Source: Minisyncoccia bacterium (GTDB lineage Bacteria > Patescibacteriota > Minisyncoccia > Phycocordibacterales > Zambryskibacteraceae). From it: 64,000 nt of DNA. This document shows positions 1-9,315 of this stretch, piece by piece (positions within the stretch are counted from its first letter, which is position 1; each line of letters starts with the position of its first letter). The stretch spans positions 716-64,715 of the forward strand of contig JBGTNQ010000004.1 of NCBI GenBank assembly GCA_041742965.1. Reading direction: 5' to 3'. The position numbers and the translations under genes were made by a program. The notes beneath the pieces were generated by a model, which did not search any database, was not told the DNA's origin, and worked only from the letters and a program-made list of their open reading frames with translations.

Positions 1-75
1 GAGTGGTTTAAATCAACGGTTTACTAAACCGTCGTTCCTTAACTGGGACCGTGAGTTCGAATCTCACCGCCTCCG
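1..75 (+). tRNA. Partial tRNA (3' two-thirds), class II-like with long variable arm, cut by the window start. Anticodon loop reads UUACUAA, formally anticodon ACU, which is unusual. Amino-acid identity uncertain.
   Basis: T-arm gtgag/TTCGAAT/ctcac at 51-67. Acceptor 3' strand cgcctcc at 68-74. Anticodon stem acggt/accgt at 16-20 and 28-32. 18-nt variable region. CCA not encoded. Confidence 0.45.
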
Positions 76-237
76 CAACGACCGGCAAAGATAGCCGGGG
101 GCTATCTGAGTCGGGTGTCGTTTCGAGAGTAAGGTGAGATTCGAAAGACGGAGTCCGCCTCAGGCGGACGAGTCCGGGCAGGAGCCACACAATATTTTAA
201 GAGCAAAGCGAATTAAAATATTGATGTGAGCTGACGC

Positions 238-260
238 CGAATCTCACCACCTCCGCAAAA
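238..260 (+). repeat. Direct repeat of the tRNA 3' end (T-loop to acceptor). 21 of 23 nt identical to positions 58-80.
   Basis: ccgaatctcaccacctccgcaaa versus tcgaatctcaccgcctccgcaac. The intervening 88-237 is GC-rich and includes an inverted partial T-arm-like motif gtgagattcgaaag at 134-147. Confidence 0.5.
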
Positions 261-443
261 TAAAGAGCTTGCGACTATATTTTGCGAGAGTGCTGAGCCT
301 TTGGCGAAGTGCTCCGCAAGCCCTCCCTAGTGAGATACCTAGTGATTTCACTAGGAAGAACATCCCCCCATAACAGCTTGTCATAAAGGTTCAGTGTACT
401 CGTCTATATAAGAGGCAAGGTTATTATTAGGTATTTTAAAAAC

Positions 444-704
444 ATGAGTAATAATATAAAGGTTTATCAGTGGGCGACAGCAATACTGGCAGTAATTGTT
501 ATTTTTCCAGCAATATCACTAATGCAAGCAAATAAAGAAGCCGAGTCATCAGACAGCTTGGATAGTGTGGCAAGTCGCCTTGAAGCTTGTAACGACAGCA
601 TAACAGCATGGAGACAAGCTAATCCAGACGGCCAGCCTCGTTCAGCAGACGCTCAGGAAGAACTCGCAAAAATCCTCTCGGAATGTGCGGAATTAACTCA
701 ATAA
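444..704 (+). CDS. Small hypothetical protein with N-terminal hydrophobic segment (signal or anchor)
   Basis: 86-aa ORF followed by an intrinsic terminator. No recognisable family. Confidence 0.4.
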   Translation: MSNNIKVYQWATAILAVIVIFPAISLMQANKEAESSDSLDSVASRLEACNDSITAWRQANPDGQPRSADAQEELAKILSECAELTQ

Positions 705-718
705 AAAACAAATAAAAA

Positions 719-745
719 CACGCCCCTAAAAAGGGGCGTGTTTTT
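719..745 (+). terminator. Rho-independent terminator
   Basis: cacgcccc/ggggcgtg stem followed by TTTTT. Confidence 0.6.
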
Positions 746-774
746 GGTAGCACTCTCTCTGTTACTATAGAGCT

Positions 775-2961
775 ATGGATTTAGAGACCCCCATCAAAAA
801 TATTGCCCGCCTACTTCCTGCGCAGGAAAAAGCATTAAAAAAACTTCGCATAGAAAAAGTTGGCGACATACTATATCACTTCCCTACTCGCTATGGAGAT
901 GTGGCGAGTAAAATGAACATAGGAGAACTAAGCGCCGGAGACAGTGCGGTCGTATTTGGCACGATAAGCAACCTCAAAACCAAAAAAGCTTTTCACAAAG
1001 GGACCCCGATGGCAGAAGGAGAACTCCAAGACGAAACAGGGAAAATAAAAATTATTTGGTTCCATCAGGCATACCTAGCCAAAATGATCACCGAAGGATC
1101 TCTGGTTCGAGTAGAAGGTAAAGTTTCAGAAAGAAAAGGCCTTCTCTCTATAATGAATCCTAAAATTGAAAGTGTATCAAAAGCACCGTTGGCCGTCGGA
1201 GGATCTCTCTTTGGCGAAGAAGGAGTGCCTGAGCATGCTCTATATCCTGTTTATCCAGAAAGTAGGGGTGTTACATCAAACTGGATGTATCACTGTCTGC
1301 AAAAAATATTCAAATCTGGAATTCTAGAAAATGTAGTTGACCCAGTTCCAGAAGATATATTAAAAAAATACAAACTTCCAAGTCTCAAAACGGCATTGAT
1401 TTGGGTACATACCCCCAGAAAACAAGATGACGCTATGTCTGCGAGAAAAAGATTCGCATTTGAGGAAATATTTTTCATACAACTAAGAAGACAAAAGGAC
1501 AAAAGCACGTGGCGAAACCACCAAGCATTTTTAATATCTGCAGACAGAAAAAAAATAGAGCCCTTAATTTCTAGATTTCCATTTCCCCTTACCAAAGCCC
1601 AAGAGAGATCAATTGATTCTATACTTGAGGATTTTAAGAAGCCGTATCCCATGTCACGGCTCCTAGAAGGAGATGTGGGCAGTGGCAAAACAGCTGTGGC
1701 TGCAGCGATAGCATATGCTGTCATCACCACAAGGCCAAACAAGGACCCCTTGGACAGCGCTCAGGGCAAGCAAGACTTCGGGGCTCTTCAGGTTGCATAT
1801 ATGGCACCGACAGAAATATTAGCAAGCCAACACTTTGAATCATTTATAGAATACTTCAAAGATTCTGATATCTCTGTCGGATTAATCACTGGAAGTGGAT
1901 GTAGGAAATTCCCATCTAAAGTTAATCCTTCTGGATGGACTGACATATCCAGAGCCCAGCTACTAAAATGGGTAGCTAATGGAGAAATACCAATACTCGT
2001 CGGCACACATGCACTTATACAGAAAACTGTAAAATTCAAACACCTCGGATTAGTTGTAATAGACGAACAACATAGATTTGGAACTGCCCAAAGACAAAAA
2101 TTGAGAGAAAAAGAAGGTATTCTTCCCCACCTTCTTTCAATGACCGCGACTCCAATACCCAGAACTCTGGCTCTTACCATATATGGCGATCTTGATTTAA
2201 GCCTACTGGACGAGCTACCCTCCGGACGAAGAAATATAGAAACAGAAATCGTCTTACCTCAAAACAGAGAAAGAACTTATGAACATATCCGCAAAGAAAT
2301 AGGGGCAGGAAGACAGGCTTATGTTATTTGCCCACGCATTAATGAGCCAGATCCGGATAAAGAAAAAGCCATCCTCGCTAAATCCGTCACCGAAGAGGCC
2401 AAGAGGCTCAAAAAAGAAGTGTTCAAGGAATTTGAAATCGGAGTTCTACACGGGAAGATGACACCGAAGAAAAAAGATGAAGTAATGGGTGACTTTGCTT
2501 CTGGTAAAATTCAAATTCTTATAGCGACTTCAGTAGTAGAGGTGGGTGTAAATGTGCCAAATGCTACAGTAATAATCATTGAGGGTGGAGAGCGTTTTGG
2601 TCTAGCGCAACTACACCAACTTCGCGGACGAGTAATGAGAAGCAGTCACCAACCATATTGTTTTATATTCGCAGAAACAAAAAGCCAAAAATCTATTGAA
2701 AGACTGCGGGCCATAATGAAAGCCAAAAATGGTTTTGAACTTGCTGAGTATGACTTGGCCCAGCGTGGAGCCGGAGACTTAACTGGCAAAAAACAGTGGG
2801 GGCTCACTGACCTTGGGATGGAAGCGATAAAAAACATAAGGATGGTAGAGGCTGCCCGCACTGAAGCAGAAAAATTAATCAGTGCTGACCCAGAACTCAA
2901 AACATATCCGACCCTACAGAAAGAATTGACCGGGTCAAGAGAGTCTATTCATTTTGAGTAG
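775..2961 (+). CDS. recG: ATP-dependent DNA helicase RecG
   Basis: 728 aa. Walker A GDVGSGKT. DEQHRFG motif (RecG-type, not Mfd). Motif MTATPIPRTLALTIYGDLDLS. N-terminal wedge-like domain. Confidence 0.85.
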   Translation: MDLETPIKNIARLLPAQEKALKKLRIEKVGDILYHFPTRYGDVASKMNIGELSAGDSAVVFGTISNLKTKKAFHKGTPMAEGELQDETGKIKIIWFHQAYLAKMITEGSLVRVEGKVSERKGLLSIMNPKIESVSKAPLAVGGSLFGEEGVPEHALYPVYPESRGVTSNWMYHCLQKIFKSGILENVVDPVPEDILKKYKLPSLKTALIWVHTPRKQDDAMSARKRFAFEEIFFIQLRRQKDKSTWRNHQAFLISADRKKIEPLISRFPFPLTKAQERSIDSILEDFKKPYPMSRLLEGDVGSGKTAVAAAIAYAVITTRPNKDPLDSAQGKQDFGALQVAYMAPTEILASQHFESFIEYFKDSDISVGLITGSGCRKFPSKVNPSGWTDISRAQLLKWVANGEIPILVGTHALIQKTVKFKHLGLVVIDEQHRFGTAQRQKLREKEGILPHLLSMTATPIPRTLALTIYGDLDLSLLDELPSGRRNIETEIVLPQNRERTYEHIRKEIGAGRQAYVICPRINEPDPDKEKAILAKSVTEEAKRLKKEVFKEFEIGVLHGKMTPKKKDEVMGDFASGKIQILIATSVVEVGVNVPNATVIIIEGGERFGLAQLHQLRGRVMRSSHQPYCFIFAETKSQKSIERLRAIMKAKNGFELAEYDLAQRGAGDLTGKKQWGLTDLGMEAIKNIRMVEAARTEAEKLISADPELKTYPTLQKELTGSRESIHFE

Positions 2962-3005
2962 CTTTTCCTTAACAAAATCATGTAGTATGGTATTGAAATC
3001 ACAAA

Positions 3006-3079
3006 CCGCCCTTAGCTCAGTTGGTTAGAGCACAGAGCTTATACCTCTGGGGTCCCAGGTTCAAATCCTGGAGGGCGGA
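3006..3079 (+). tRNA. tRNA-Ile with anticodon UAU (reads AUA)
   Basis: Cloverleaf: acceptor ccgccct/agggcgg, D-arm gctc-agttggtta-gagc, anticodon stem cagag/ctctg with loop CTTATAC, T-arm ccagg/TTCAAAT/cctgg, discriminator A. CCA not encoded. Confidence 0.75.
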
Positions 3080-3204
3080 CTACTGTAATGCCCTAGCGCA
3101 TCCTTTTGCTCAAGCAAAAGGGAGCAGGGATTTGAAGCCTTTCTTCAGATTTTTTAGAGTAAGAGCGAATAAAAAATCGAAAAAGGGAACTGAGTCTGTA
3201 AGAC

Positions 3205-3223
3205 TCAAATCCTGGAGGGCGGA
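3205..3223 (+). repeat. Exact 19-nt direct repeat of the tRNA-Ile 3' end (T-loop to acceptor end)
   Basis: caaatcctggagggcggac is identical to 3062-3080. Confidence 0.6.
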
Positions 3224-3238
3224 CTTTGAAATCATTCA

Positions 3239-3279
3239 TATACCTCTGGGGTCCTTGGTTCAAATCCAAGAGGGCGGAC
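3239..3279 (+). repeat. 41-nt copy of the tRNA-Ile 3' half (anticodon loop to 3' end) with compensatory T-stem substitutions
   Basis: atacctctggggtcc-cttgg-ttcaaatcc-aag-agggcggac versus native ccagg/cctgg. Both T-stem strands changed so that pairing is kept. Confidence 0.6.
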
Positions 3280-3408
3280 CAGACAAAACCCAACACGCCA
3301 ATGGGTTGGCGTGTTGGAGGCAATACACATCCCCAGTAGCACGGGCGGTTGTATGGGTTTTTCTTTGGTATAATAAAAACAGCTTTATTAATAGGTAATA
3401 TAGATAAT

Positions 3409-3627
3409 ATGAAATTACACAAAATAGCTTGGGTCCTTCTCATAATTGGAGGTATCAACTGGCTTTTGATTGGCGTTATTGGTTGGGGGGTTGAAGATCT
3501 AGTAGGAATGCAAATCGCTAGAATCATATATGTACTTGTTGGAGTATCCGCCGTATATGAGCTTTTCACTCACAAGAATAACTGCAAGGATTGTGTAGCG
3601 AAGGCGCCTTCTCAGCCACAAATGTAA
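3409..3627 (+). CDS. DUF378-family small membrane protein
   Basis: MKLHKIAWVLLIIGGINWLLIGVIGW matches the DUF378 N-terminal signature. Start moved to the internal ATG at 3409; the upstream part of the tracked ORF overlaps tRNA repeats. Confidence 0.55.
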   Translation: MKLHKIAWVLLIIGGINWLLIGVIGWGVEDLVGMQIARIIYVLVGVSAVYELFTHKNNCKDCVAKAPSQPQM

Positions 3628-3640
3628 TTTAGGTTTATTC

Positions 3641-3689
3641 AAAACCCCCACCGCCTAGGCGGTGGGGGTTTTGTTTTATTTTTTTTTAA
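3641..3689. terminator. Bidirectional intrinsic terminator
   Basis: aaaacccccaccgcc-tagg-cggtgggggtttt, flanked by A-run and T-run. Lies between convergent genes. Confidence 0.6.
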
Positions 3690-3693
3690 ATAT

Positions 3694-4191
3694 CTATCTA
3701 ACAAACTCAAAAGAAGAAATAAAGTCTTCTATTACAGCATTAGAAAAGATCCGATTGTCCCAATCTGGTGGAACATCGTTAGGATACGAATAAGTAAATA
3801 CATGTGTTTGATTTCTCGTAATCTCTATTCCGGCACCGGGACCACCAAATTCCATTGACATTCTTTCTATTTCTTCCCATTTTGCAATGGTGCTCGCCGA
3901 CACAGCCACTAATGGAGATGTTTTAAACCAACCCTCACTTTCTGTTGGAAAAATAAAATACACAATAAATACATCGTCCTTAATCTCCTCATCTACACCA
4001 TAACCCTGCCAAGAAGACGGTGGGGTCAATCTAAAACCAAATGTTGAATTTGTGTAAACAGCAGGCGTAACATCTTGTTGTGTATTAAGGGATTTATCTG
4101 AGACTCGTTCATCAGATCGAGTCAAAAATACAAAACCAATCACAACCAACAAAACAATCAGCGAAAGTAACCAAAACCACTTTTTATTCAT
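3694..4191 (-). CDS. Hypothetical membrane-anchored protein
   Basis: 165 aa with N-terminal TM segment. No family recognised. Confidence 0.4.
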   Translation of the reverse strand: MNKKWFWLLSLIVLLVVIGFVFLTRSDERVSDKSLNTQQDVTPAVYTNSTFGFRLTPPSSWQGYGVDEEIKDDVFIVYFIFPTESEGWFKTSPLVAVSASTIAKWEEIERMSMEFGGPGAGIEITRNQTHVFTYSYPNDVPPDWDNRIFSNAVIEDFISSFEFVR

Positions 4192-4273
4192 AAACTTTTA
4201 TTTAATTTATAAGCACCCCAGAAAATATGGTAGTTTTATTGAAAATAATGTCAAATATTCGTTGATAGTACTT

Positions 4274-6205
4274 TTATGCTTGATGCTCTATGTCTTTCTT
4301 TTTCTTCACGGTCACACCATGCGCGACTAGAATCTTTTCGAACTCATCTCTCTCTATGGTCTCAACTTCAATGAGTCTCTTTGAAATAGCGTCGAGTAGA
4401 CTACGGTTTTCAGTTAAAACCTTTTCCGCCCGAGCGAGAGCCTCATTCATTATCTTGGAAACTTCAGCATCAATATGAGCACTCACTTTCTCTGAATAAT
4501 CTTTGTCATCAACCCCTCTTCCAAAAAGTGCTTTGCCACCTTGGCCTTCCAGTGCAATAGGGCCAATGTCGTCTGACATTCCATATTTTGTGACCATGTC
4601 TCTAGCTAAAGCAGTAGAAACCTGTAAATCATTTGATGGACCAGTGGTAATATCACCGAAAATCATTTTTTCCGCTACATATCCGCCCAGTGACATAGCA
4701 ATATCGTCTAAGAATTCTTTTTTAGATTGAAGCTTCCTGTCTTCAAGGGGAAGGTTCAAAGTATAACCAGCAGCACGACCTCGAGAAATTATAGAAATTT
4801 TATGTACCGGATCAGAGTATTCCAAGACAGAACCGACGAGGGCATGACCGGCTTCATGATAAGCAGTAATCTCCTTCTCTTTCAAAGAAAGTAGGTGGCT
4901 CTTCCTCTCTGGGCCCAACATCACTTTTTCAATAGAACGAATCAGGTCAAATTGAGAAACTTTGGTGCGATCTTCACGGGCAGCAAGAATTGCGCCCTCG
5001 TTCATTAGGGAGTATAAATCTGCACCAGAAAACCCCGGGGTTCTCTCTGCGATAATTTTTAAATTTACATCTTCGGCTAGAGGTTTTTTGCGAGCGTGTA
5101 TTTCTAAAATCTCTTCTCTATCACCCCTATCTGGCAAATCTATAGTCACTCTCCTATCAAACCTACCTGGACGAAGCAGGGCGGGGTCTAAAACATCAGG
5201 TCGATTGGTCGCCGCCATCACTACAACCTTTTCATTTGGTTCAAAGCCATCCATTTCCACCAAAATTTGGTTTAGTGTCTGCTCTCTTTCATCATTTCCT
5301 CCGCCGGCACCAACCCCCCTGACTCGGCCGACTGCATCAATTTCATCTACGAAAATGATTGCTGGGGCAGCCTTTTTGGCAAGTTGAAAAAGATCGCGAA
5401 CCCTAGATGCTCCGACACCCACAAACATTTCCACAAACTCTGAGCCAGAAATAGAGAAGAAAGAAACTCCCGCCTCCCCTGCCACTGCACGAGCAAGAAG
5501 AGTTTTTCCGGTTCCCGGCGCACCCATCAAAATCACACCTTTTGGAATTTGAGCACCTATTTCTAAAAATTTCTTTGGATTCTTCAAGAAATCCACAATC
5601 TCTGCCAGTTCTTGTTTCGCTTCCTTTGCCCCAGCAACATCCTTAAATGTCACTCTCTGCTTTTTATCGTCTGGTGATATTATTCGCGCTTTTGATTGAC
5701 CGAAAGTAAAAGCTTGTGCCCCAGCCCCTTTAACCTGACGGGAAAGAAACCATATGAAGAAAATAATAAAACCTATTGGTATAAGTATCGGCAAAAGATT
5801 CAATACCCAAAAACCAACGCCTCGATTGTCCTGAACATCTATAGAAACATTGGCCAACTGTTCTGGAGTTACTCCGTAGTTTACTAATGTCTGAGAAATA
5901 GCTACGCCAGATTCTTTTTGAGAATTTTTCTCTTCTCCTTCTTTATAAAATATTGAAAGATTGTCTCCTTTCACTTCTACCTTTTCTACAGAGCCAGCCG
6001 TGATATCTCTAGCCAATTCTGAAATTGGAATAACTATTTCCTCCTTTTTATTTTCAGTCAAAAAAGAATATAGGGTCGAGAGGACAAGAAATATCAAAAG
6101 AGTGGATAACAAATTCTTACCAAATGAGCCGGCTGGCCCGCCTTTGCCCCAACCTACATTAAGTGGGTTTTTGGGTGAATTTTTTTGATTTGGTTTTTTT
6201 GTCAT
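4274..6205 (-). CDS. ftsH: ATP-dependent zinc metalloprotease FtsH
   Basis: Two N-terminal TM segments. AAA Walker [12 protein letters not shown] region. Zinc site HEAGHALV. Confidence 0.92.
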   Translation of the reverse strand: MTKKPNQKNSPKNPLNVGWGKGGPAGSFGKNLLSTLLIFLVLSTLYSFLTENKKEEIVIPISELARDITAGSVEKVEVKGDNLSIFYKEGEEKNSQKESGVAISQTLVNYGVTPEQLANVSIDVQDNRGVGFWVLNLLPILIPIGFIIFFIWFLSRQVKGAGAQAFTFGQSKARIISPDDKKQRVTFKDVAGAKEAKQELAEIVDFLKNPKKFLEIGAQIPKGVILMGAPGTGKTLLARAVAGEAGVSFFSISGSEFVEMFVGVGASRVRDLFQLAKKAAPAIIFVDEIDAVGRVRGVGAGGGNDEREQTLNQILVEMDGFEPNEKVVVMAATNRPDVLDPALLRPGRFDRRVTIDLPDRGDREEILEIHARKKPLAEDVNLKIIAERTPGFSGADLYSLMNEGAILAAREDRTKVSQFDLIRSIEKVMLGPERKSHLLSLKEKEITAYHEAGHALVGSVLEYSDPVHKISIISRGRAAGYTLNLPLEDRKLQSKKEFLDDIAMSLGGYVAEKMIFGDITTGPSNDLQVSTALARDMVTKYGMSDDIGPIALEGQGGKALFGRGVDDKDYSEKVSAHIDAEVSKIMNEALARAEKVLTENRSLLDAISKRLIEVETIERDEFEKILVAHGVTVKKKKDIEHQA

Positions 6206-6287
6206 ACGAAAAGTATTGCAAGTATAAGATAAAGGAGAAAATATTCAAACCTCACCACTTTATTCGCCCTTTTGGTATGATAGCCAT

Positions 6288-6731
6288 ATGTCACTTATAG
6301 ATAACCGAAAAGCTAGGTTTGACTATGAGATCGGAGAGGCCTTTGAAGCTGGTATAGAGCTTTTGGGTCTTGAGGTCAAAAGTCTACGCAAAGGACAGGG
6401 GTCCCTTGAAGGAAGCCACGTTATTGTGCGTGGTGGAGAGGCTTTTCTTATTGGCGCCCAAATTCCCCCATACCAGCCGTCTAATACAGCGAAGGATTAC
6501 GACCCAAAGAGAAATAGGCGACTTCTACTAACCAAGAAGGAAATAAGCCAAATTTCTAAAAATGAAGGCCAAAGTGGCTTGACAATTGTGCCTATTTCGG
6601 TGTATAATAAGGGGAAGAACCTCAAAATACAGATCGGGATTGCTCGTGGAAAAAAGAAATTTGATAAACGAGAAACAATTAAAAAACGAGAGACTGAGAG
6701 AGAAACTAGAAGAGATTGGAAAAATAACTAG
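6288..6731 (+). CDS. smpB: SsrA-binding protein SmpB
   Basis: NRKARFDYEI N-terminus. Basic C-terminal tail. Size 147 aa. Confidence 0.85.
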   Translation: MSLIDNRKARFDYEIGEAFEAGIELLGLEVKSLRKGQGSLEGSHVIVRGGEAFLIGAQIPPYQPSNTAKDYDPKRNRRLLLTKKEISQISKNEGQSGLTIVPISVYNKGKNLKIQIGIARGKKKFDKRETIKKRETERETRRDWKNN

Positions 6732-6790
6732 GAACAAAGCACCCCTTGTTCTTGCTCCCCTAAAATATTGTACTCTGTAAAATATTTTAG

Positions 6791-7193
6791 GGGGGTGAAT
6801 TGCTTAGACAAAGAAGTCCCCTTGAAATACGCGAGAGAGAGCTGTGGTGACTCTTAAATCCGCCACAAATGACTAAATGCAAACAGCATCGTCGCACGAG
6901 CAAAGTCGGTAGTTTCTCCATATTTTGGAGCTAAGGATTTCGCTTTCGCTTACGCTTCGGCCTAAGTGACATCAACCCTTGTGAAGTCTGTTAGCGAGGT
7001 GTTGGTGTAATATTTTCGGACTCTAGGAAATACCCGCTCCAGTATTTTCTGAACTGTAGGAGCTCGATAATGTGGGGTTTTGTTTACTTTCAACCCACAT
7101 TATTTAAATCGCTTCGGCGAATGAGGTAAACTACCTCTCGTAGAAGTATTTCAAGGGTTTCTTTGCACGGGAGCTCAATACTCCCCACCTCCA
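6791..7193 (+). ncRNA. ssrA: tmRNA (SsrA), one-piece
   Basis: Immediately downstream of smpB. 5' GGGGGUG pairs with 3' CACCUCC, giving a 7-bp acceptor stem with a G3:U70 wobble (alanine identity), then discriminator A. T-arm-like gggag/CUCAAUA/ctccc at 7169-7185. Ala-rich tag-like frame ending AKDFAFAYASA then stop at 6963-6965, with a candidate GCA resume codon at 6879. Terminator follows. Confidence 0.65.
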
Positions 7194-7275
7194 CAAAAAT
7201 AAGGAACGAAGTGACTATATTTTTGTAGGACTCCGCTTCGCAGCGCGAAGCGGAGTAACACAATTTTAAAAAAAC

Positions 7276-7300
7276 AAAAGCCCCATATGGGGCTTTTGTT
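7276..7300 (+). terminator. Rho-independent terminator after tmRNA
   Basis: aaaagcccc-atat-ggggctttt then gttt. Confidence 0.55.
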
Positions 7301-7346
7301 TAGTTTCCCATTTTCTCTTTTACCAACCACGCGATATAGTTATCAA

Positions 7347-8828
7347 ATGAAAAAATACGTACTTGAGATTATCGTCTTTATTACAGGCGCAGGAATTATG
7401 GCTTTTGAAATCATAGGTTCTAGAATCCTCTCTCCATACTTAGGGAGCTCTATAGTAGTCTGGACAAGCGTTATCGGAGTTGTGCTGGCTGGGCTCTCCC
7501 TAGGGTACTGGCTCGGAGGAAGACTGGCTGACAAAGACCCTCATCCTAAAAAACTTGGCTACCTCATACTTTCATCAGGAATATCGATACTTATAGTTTT
7601 GGCAATATCTGACTTTGTAATGCTGTCTCTCTTGGTTTTCTCTAGCGCTCAGTTGGCATCGTTTCTCGGCTCAATGGTAATCTTTTTTGTTCCGAGCGTC
7701 TTTCTGGGCTCTGTTTCTCCTTATGCTACTCGCCTACAAATTCAAACCGTTGAAACATCTGGAAAAACTCTAGGTAAGCTAGGGGCAATAGGCACCATAG
7801 GAAGTCTTGTAGGTACATTCCTCACCGGCTTTGTTCTAATAGCACATTTTGGAACAACAAAACTTATTATTTTAATTGCCTGCACACTAATACTTCTGTC
7901 TTTCTTGGCCTTCTCCGGAAAAATAAGAGTGATTTCAGCCATTGTAATTTTAATTAGCGCAGTATCTTGGGGGTGGCTGAATATTGAAAGTTCGATGCAG
8001 AAAATTGCTGGATTTATTGATTTTGATACCCAATATGGAAGGTATTCAATACAAACACTTGAGAAGGCAGACGGAGAAGCCGTTAGAGTGCTAAGTGGTG
8101 GGGGTAGTCTCTGGCACTCTTCAATGATAGTGGAGCGTCCAAATGAAGTTAATACTCCCTATGTGCTTTATTATCGTCTTGCAGAATTTTTCGCACCTGA
8201 AATGGAAAATGTTTTACTCATAGGTGGTGGTGGATATTCGGCGGCAAAAGACTTCCTTGTGAGAAACGGTAAAGCCAATATGGATGTTGTTGAAATAGAT
8301 GCCAAACTCACGGAAATGGCAAAAGAATATTTTTTTGTGCCTGAAGATGACAGGCTCCGTATGTTTGACGAAGACGGTAGGAGATTTGTCAGAAAAACAA
8401 ACACTATATATGACGCAGTAATGATAGACGCTTTTGCAAACTCATTTGCTATACCACATCACCTCACTACAAAAGAGTTTCTCGAAGAAATAAAAAATAA
8501 ATTGTCCCCTGAGGGAGTGGTCATAAGTAACATAATCTCACCGCTAGATGGAGGTGCTGGCGGAGATTATCTTCGTGCACAATACAAAACATTTTCTTCG
8601 GTTTTTGATCGAGTCATAGTGCTTCAAGTTATACCTGGGGCAAATCCTAGTATTGTGCAAAATGTAGCATTCATTGCCACTAATAGCGCCACTCCCGAAA
8701 TAGAAACCGCGCGTGGTGAATACGAATTTTTTCTAAAAAACATTGTCTCAACAGAAATTTTAGCTGATGGAATATTATTTACTGATGACTTCGCACCATC
8801 AGACCAGTTTGTATTACGAATGATATAA
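7347..8828 (+). CDS. Fused polytopic membrane domain plus spermidine synthase-like (SpeE family) aminopropyltransferase
   Basis: N-terminal half has about 7 TM segments. C-terminal half has VLLIGGGGYSAAKDF, VVEIDAKLTEMAKEYF and YDAVMIDAF, the SpeE fold. Start moved to ATG 7347 (MKKYVLEI); the tracked start overlaps the upstream terminator. Confidence 0.6.
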   Translation: MKKYVLEIIVFITGAGIMAFEIIGSRILSPYLGSSIVVWTSVIGVVLAGLSLGYWLGGRLADKDPHPKKLGYLILSSGISILIVLAISDFVMLSLLVFSSAQLASFLGSMVIFFVPSVFLGSVSPYATRLQIQTVETSGKTLGKLGAIGTIGSLVGTFLTGFVLIAHFGTTKLIILIACTLILLSFLAFSGKIRVISAIVILISAVSWGWLNIESSMQKIAGFIDFDTQYGRYSIQTLEKADGEAVRVLSGGGSLWHSSMIVERPNEVNTPYVLYYRLAEFFAPEMENVLLIGGGGYSAAKDFLVRNGKANMDVVEIDAKLTEMAKEYFFVPEDDRLRMFDEDGRRFVRKTNTIYDAVMIDAFANSFAIPHHLTTKEFLEEIKNKLSPEGVVISNIISPLDGGAGGDYLRAQYKTFSSVFDRVIVLQVIPGANPSIVQNVAFIATNSATPEIETARGEYEFFLKNIVSTEILADGILFTDDFAPSDQFVLRMI

Positions 8829-8938
8829 ATTAAAAAACAGAAAATTAATATTTGACATTTCTCTTCGATGGGGGCAACATTAAAAATAGCAGTACCGTAG
8901 CATGTTCACATTTCCTAACACCAATCAAGGGAGCGGAA

Positions 8939-9259
8939 ATGCTCAAAGAAACCCGGGTCCAGGAAGCAGTAAGCATCTTCAACACCATCAACGAGATGCT
9001 TGGTTTGACCAGTTGTTGCAAGGAGAAGTTCATTGGCTTCTGGACCAATGGGCGCCAATCTGTCGAAATCTGCATCGGAGTATTCTTCTACAAAGGAGAG
9101 GGTCTCAGGGTGCCCAAGAACGTACCTACTGATGATCCAGACCTGGCGTGGCGGGTAGGACAAATCAATCAAGCAATCAGTGAAATTTGCCCGAGTTTCC
9201 AACCACAAGGTCTGGTTGAAGTGGAAGATACAGGTAAGCCGGTGGTGGCGAGTCGCTGA
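8939..9259 (+). CDS. Hypothetical protein, GC-rich cassette B
   Basis: 106 aa. SD GGGAG 5 nt before ATG. Local GC about 50% versus about 38% in flanks. Terminator follows. No family recognised. Confidence 0.4.
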   Translation: MLKETRVQEAVSIFNTINEMLGLTSCCKEKFIGFWTNGRQSVEICIGVFFYKGEGLRVPKNVPTDDPDLAWRVGQINQAISEICPSFQPQGLVEVEDTGKPVVASR

Positions 9260-9285
9260 CTGACAGGAAAGACGCGCAGTGCGTC

Positions 9286-9315
9286 GGGGGGGACACGGAG
9301 TGTCTCCCCTTTTTC
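9286..9315 (+). terminator. Rho-independent terminator
   Basis: ggggggacac-ggag-tgtctcccc then TTTTT. Confidence 0.55.

Noticed and set aside
1-440. Possibility that the first 440 nt encode RNase P RNA, SRP RNA or a two-piece (permuted) tmRNA
   Set aside because: A GUCCGGGC-like string is present, but the other universally conserved RNase P (ACAGAANCCGGCUUA, GGUAAGAGCGCACC) and SRP (GGAAGGAAGCAGC) blocks are absent. A standard tmRNA is already present after smpB.
3021-3569. ORFs 3021-3398 (+) and 3093-3569 (-) overlapping the tRNA-Ile and its repeat fragments
   Set aside because: They run through a tRNA gene and tRNA-derived repeats and have no translation signals. The real gene here is the DUF378 ORF starting at 3409.
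8852-9259. TTG-initiated 135-aa version of the cassette B ORF, and the antisense ORF 8915-9208
   Set aside because: The in-frame ATG at 8939 has a perfect SD, whereas the TTG coincides with a TTGACA hexamer. The antisense frame lacks any RBS and the terminator is oriented for the plus strand.
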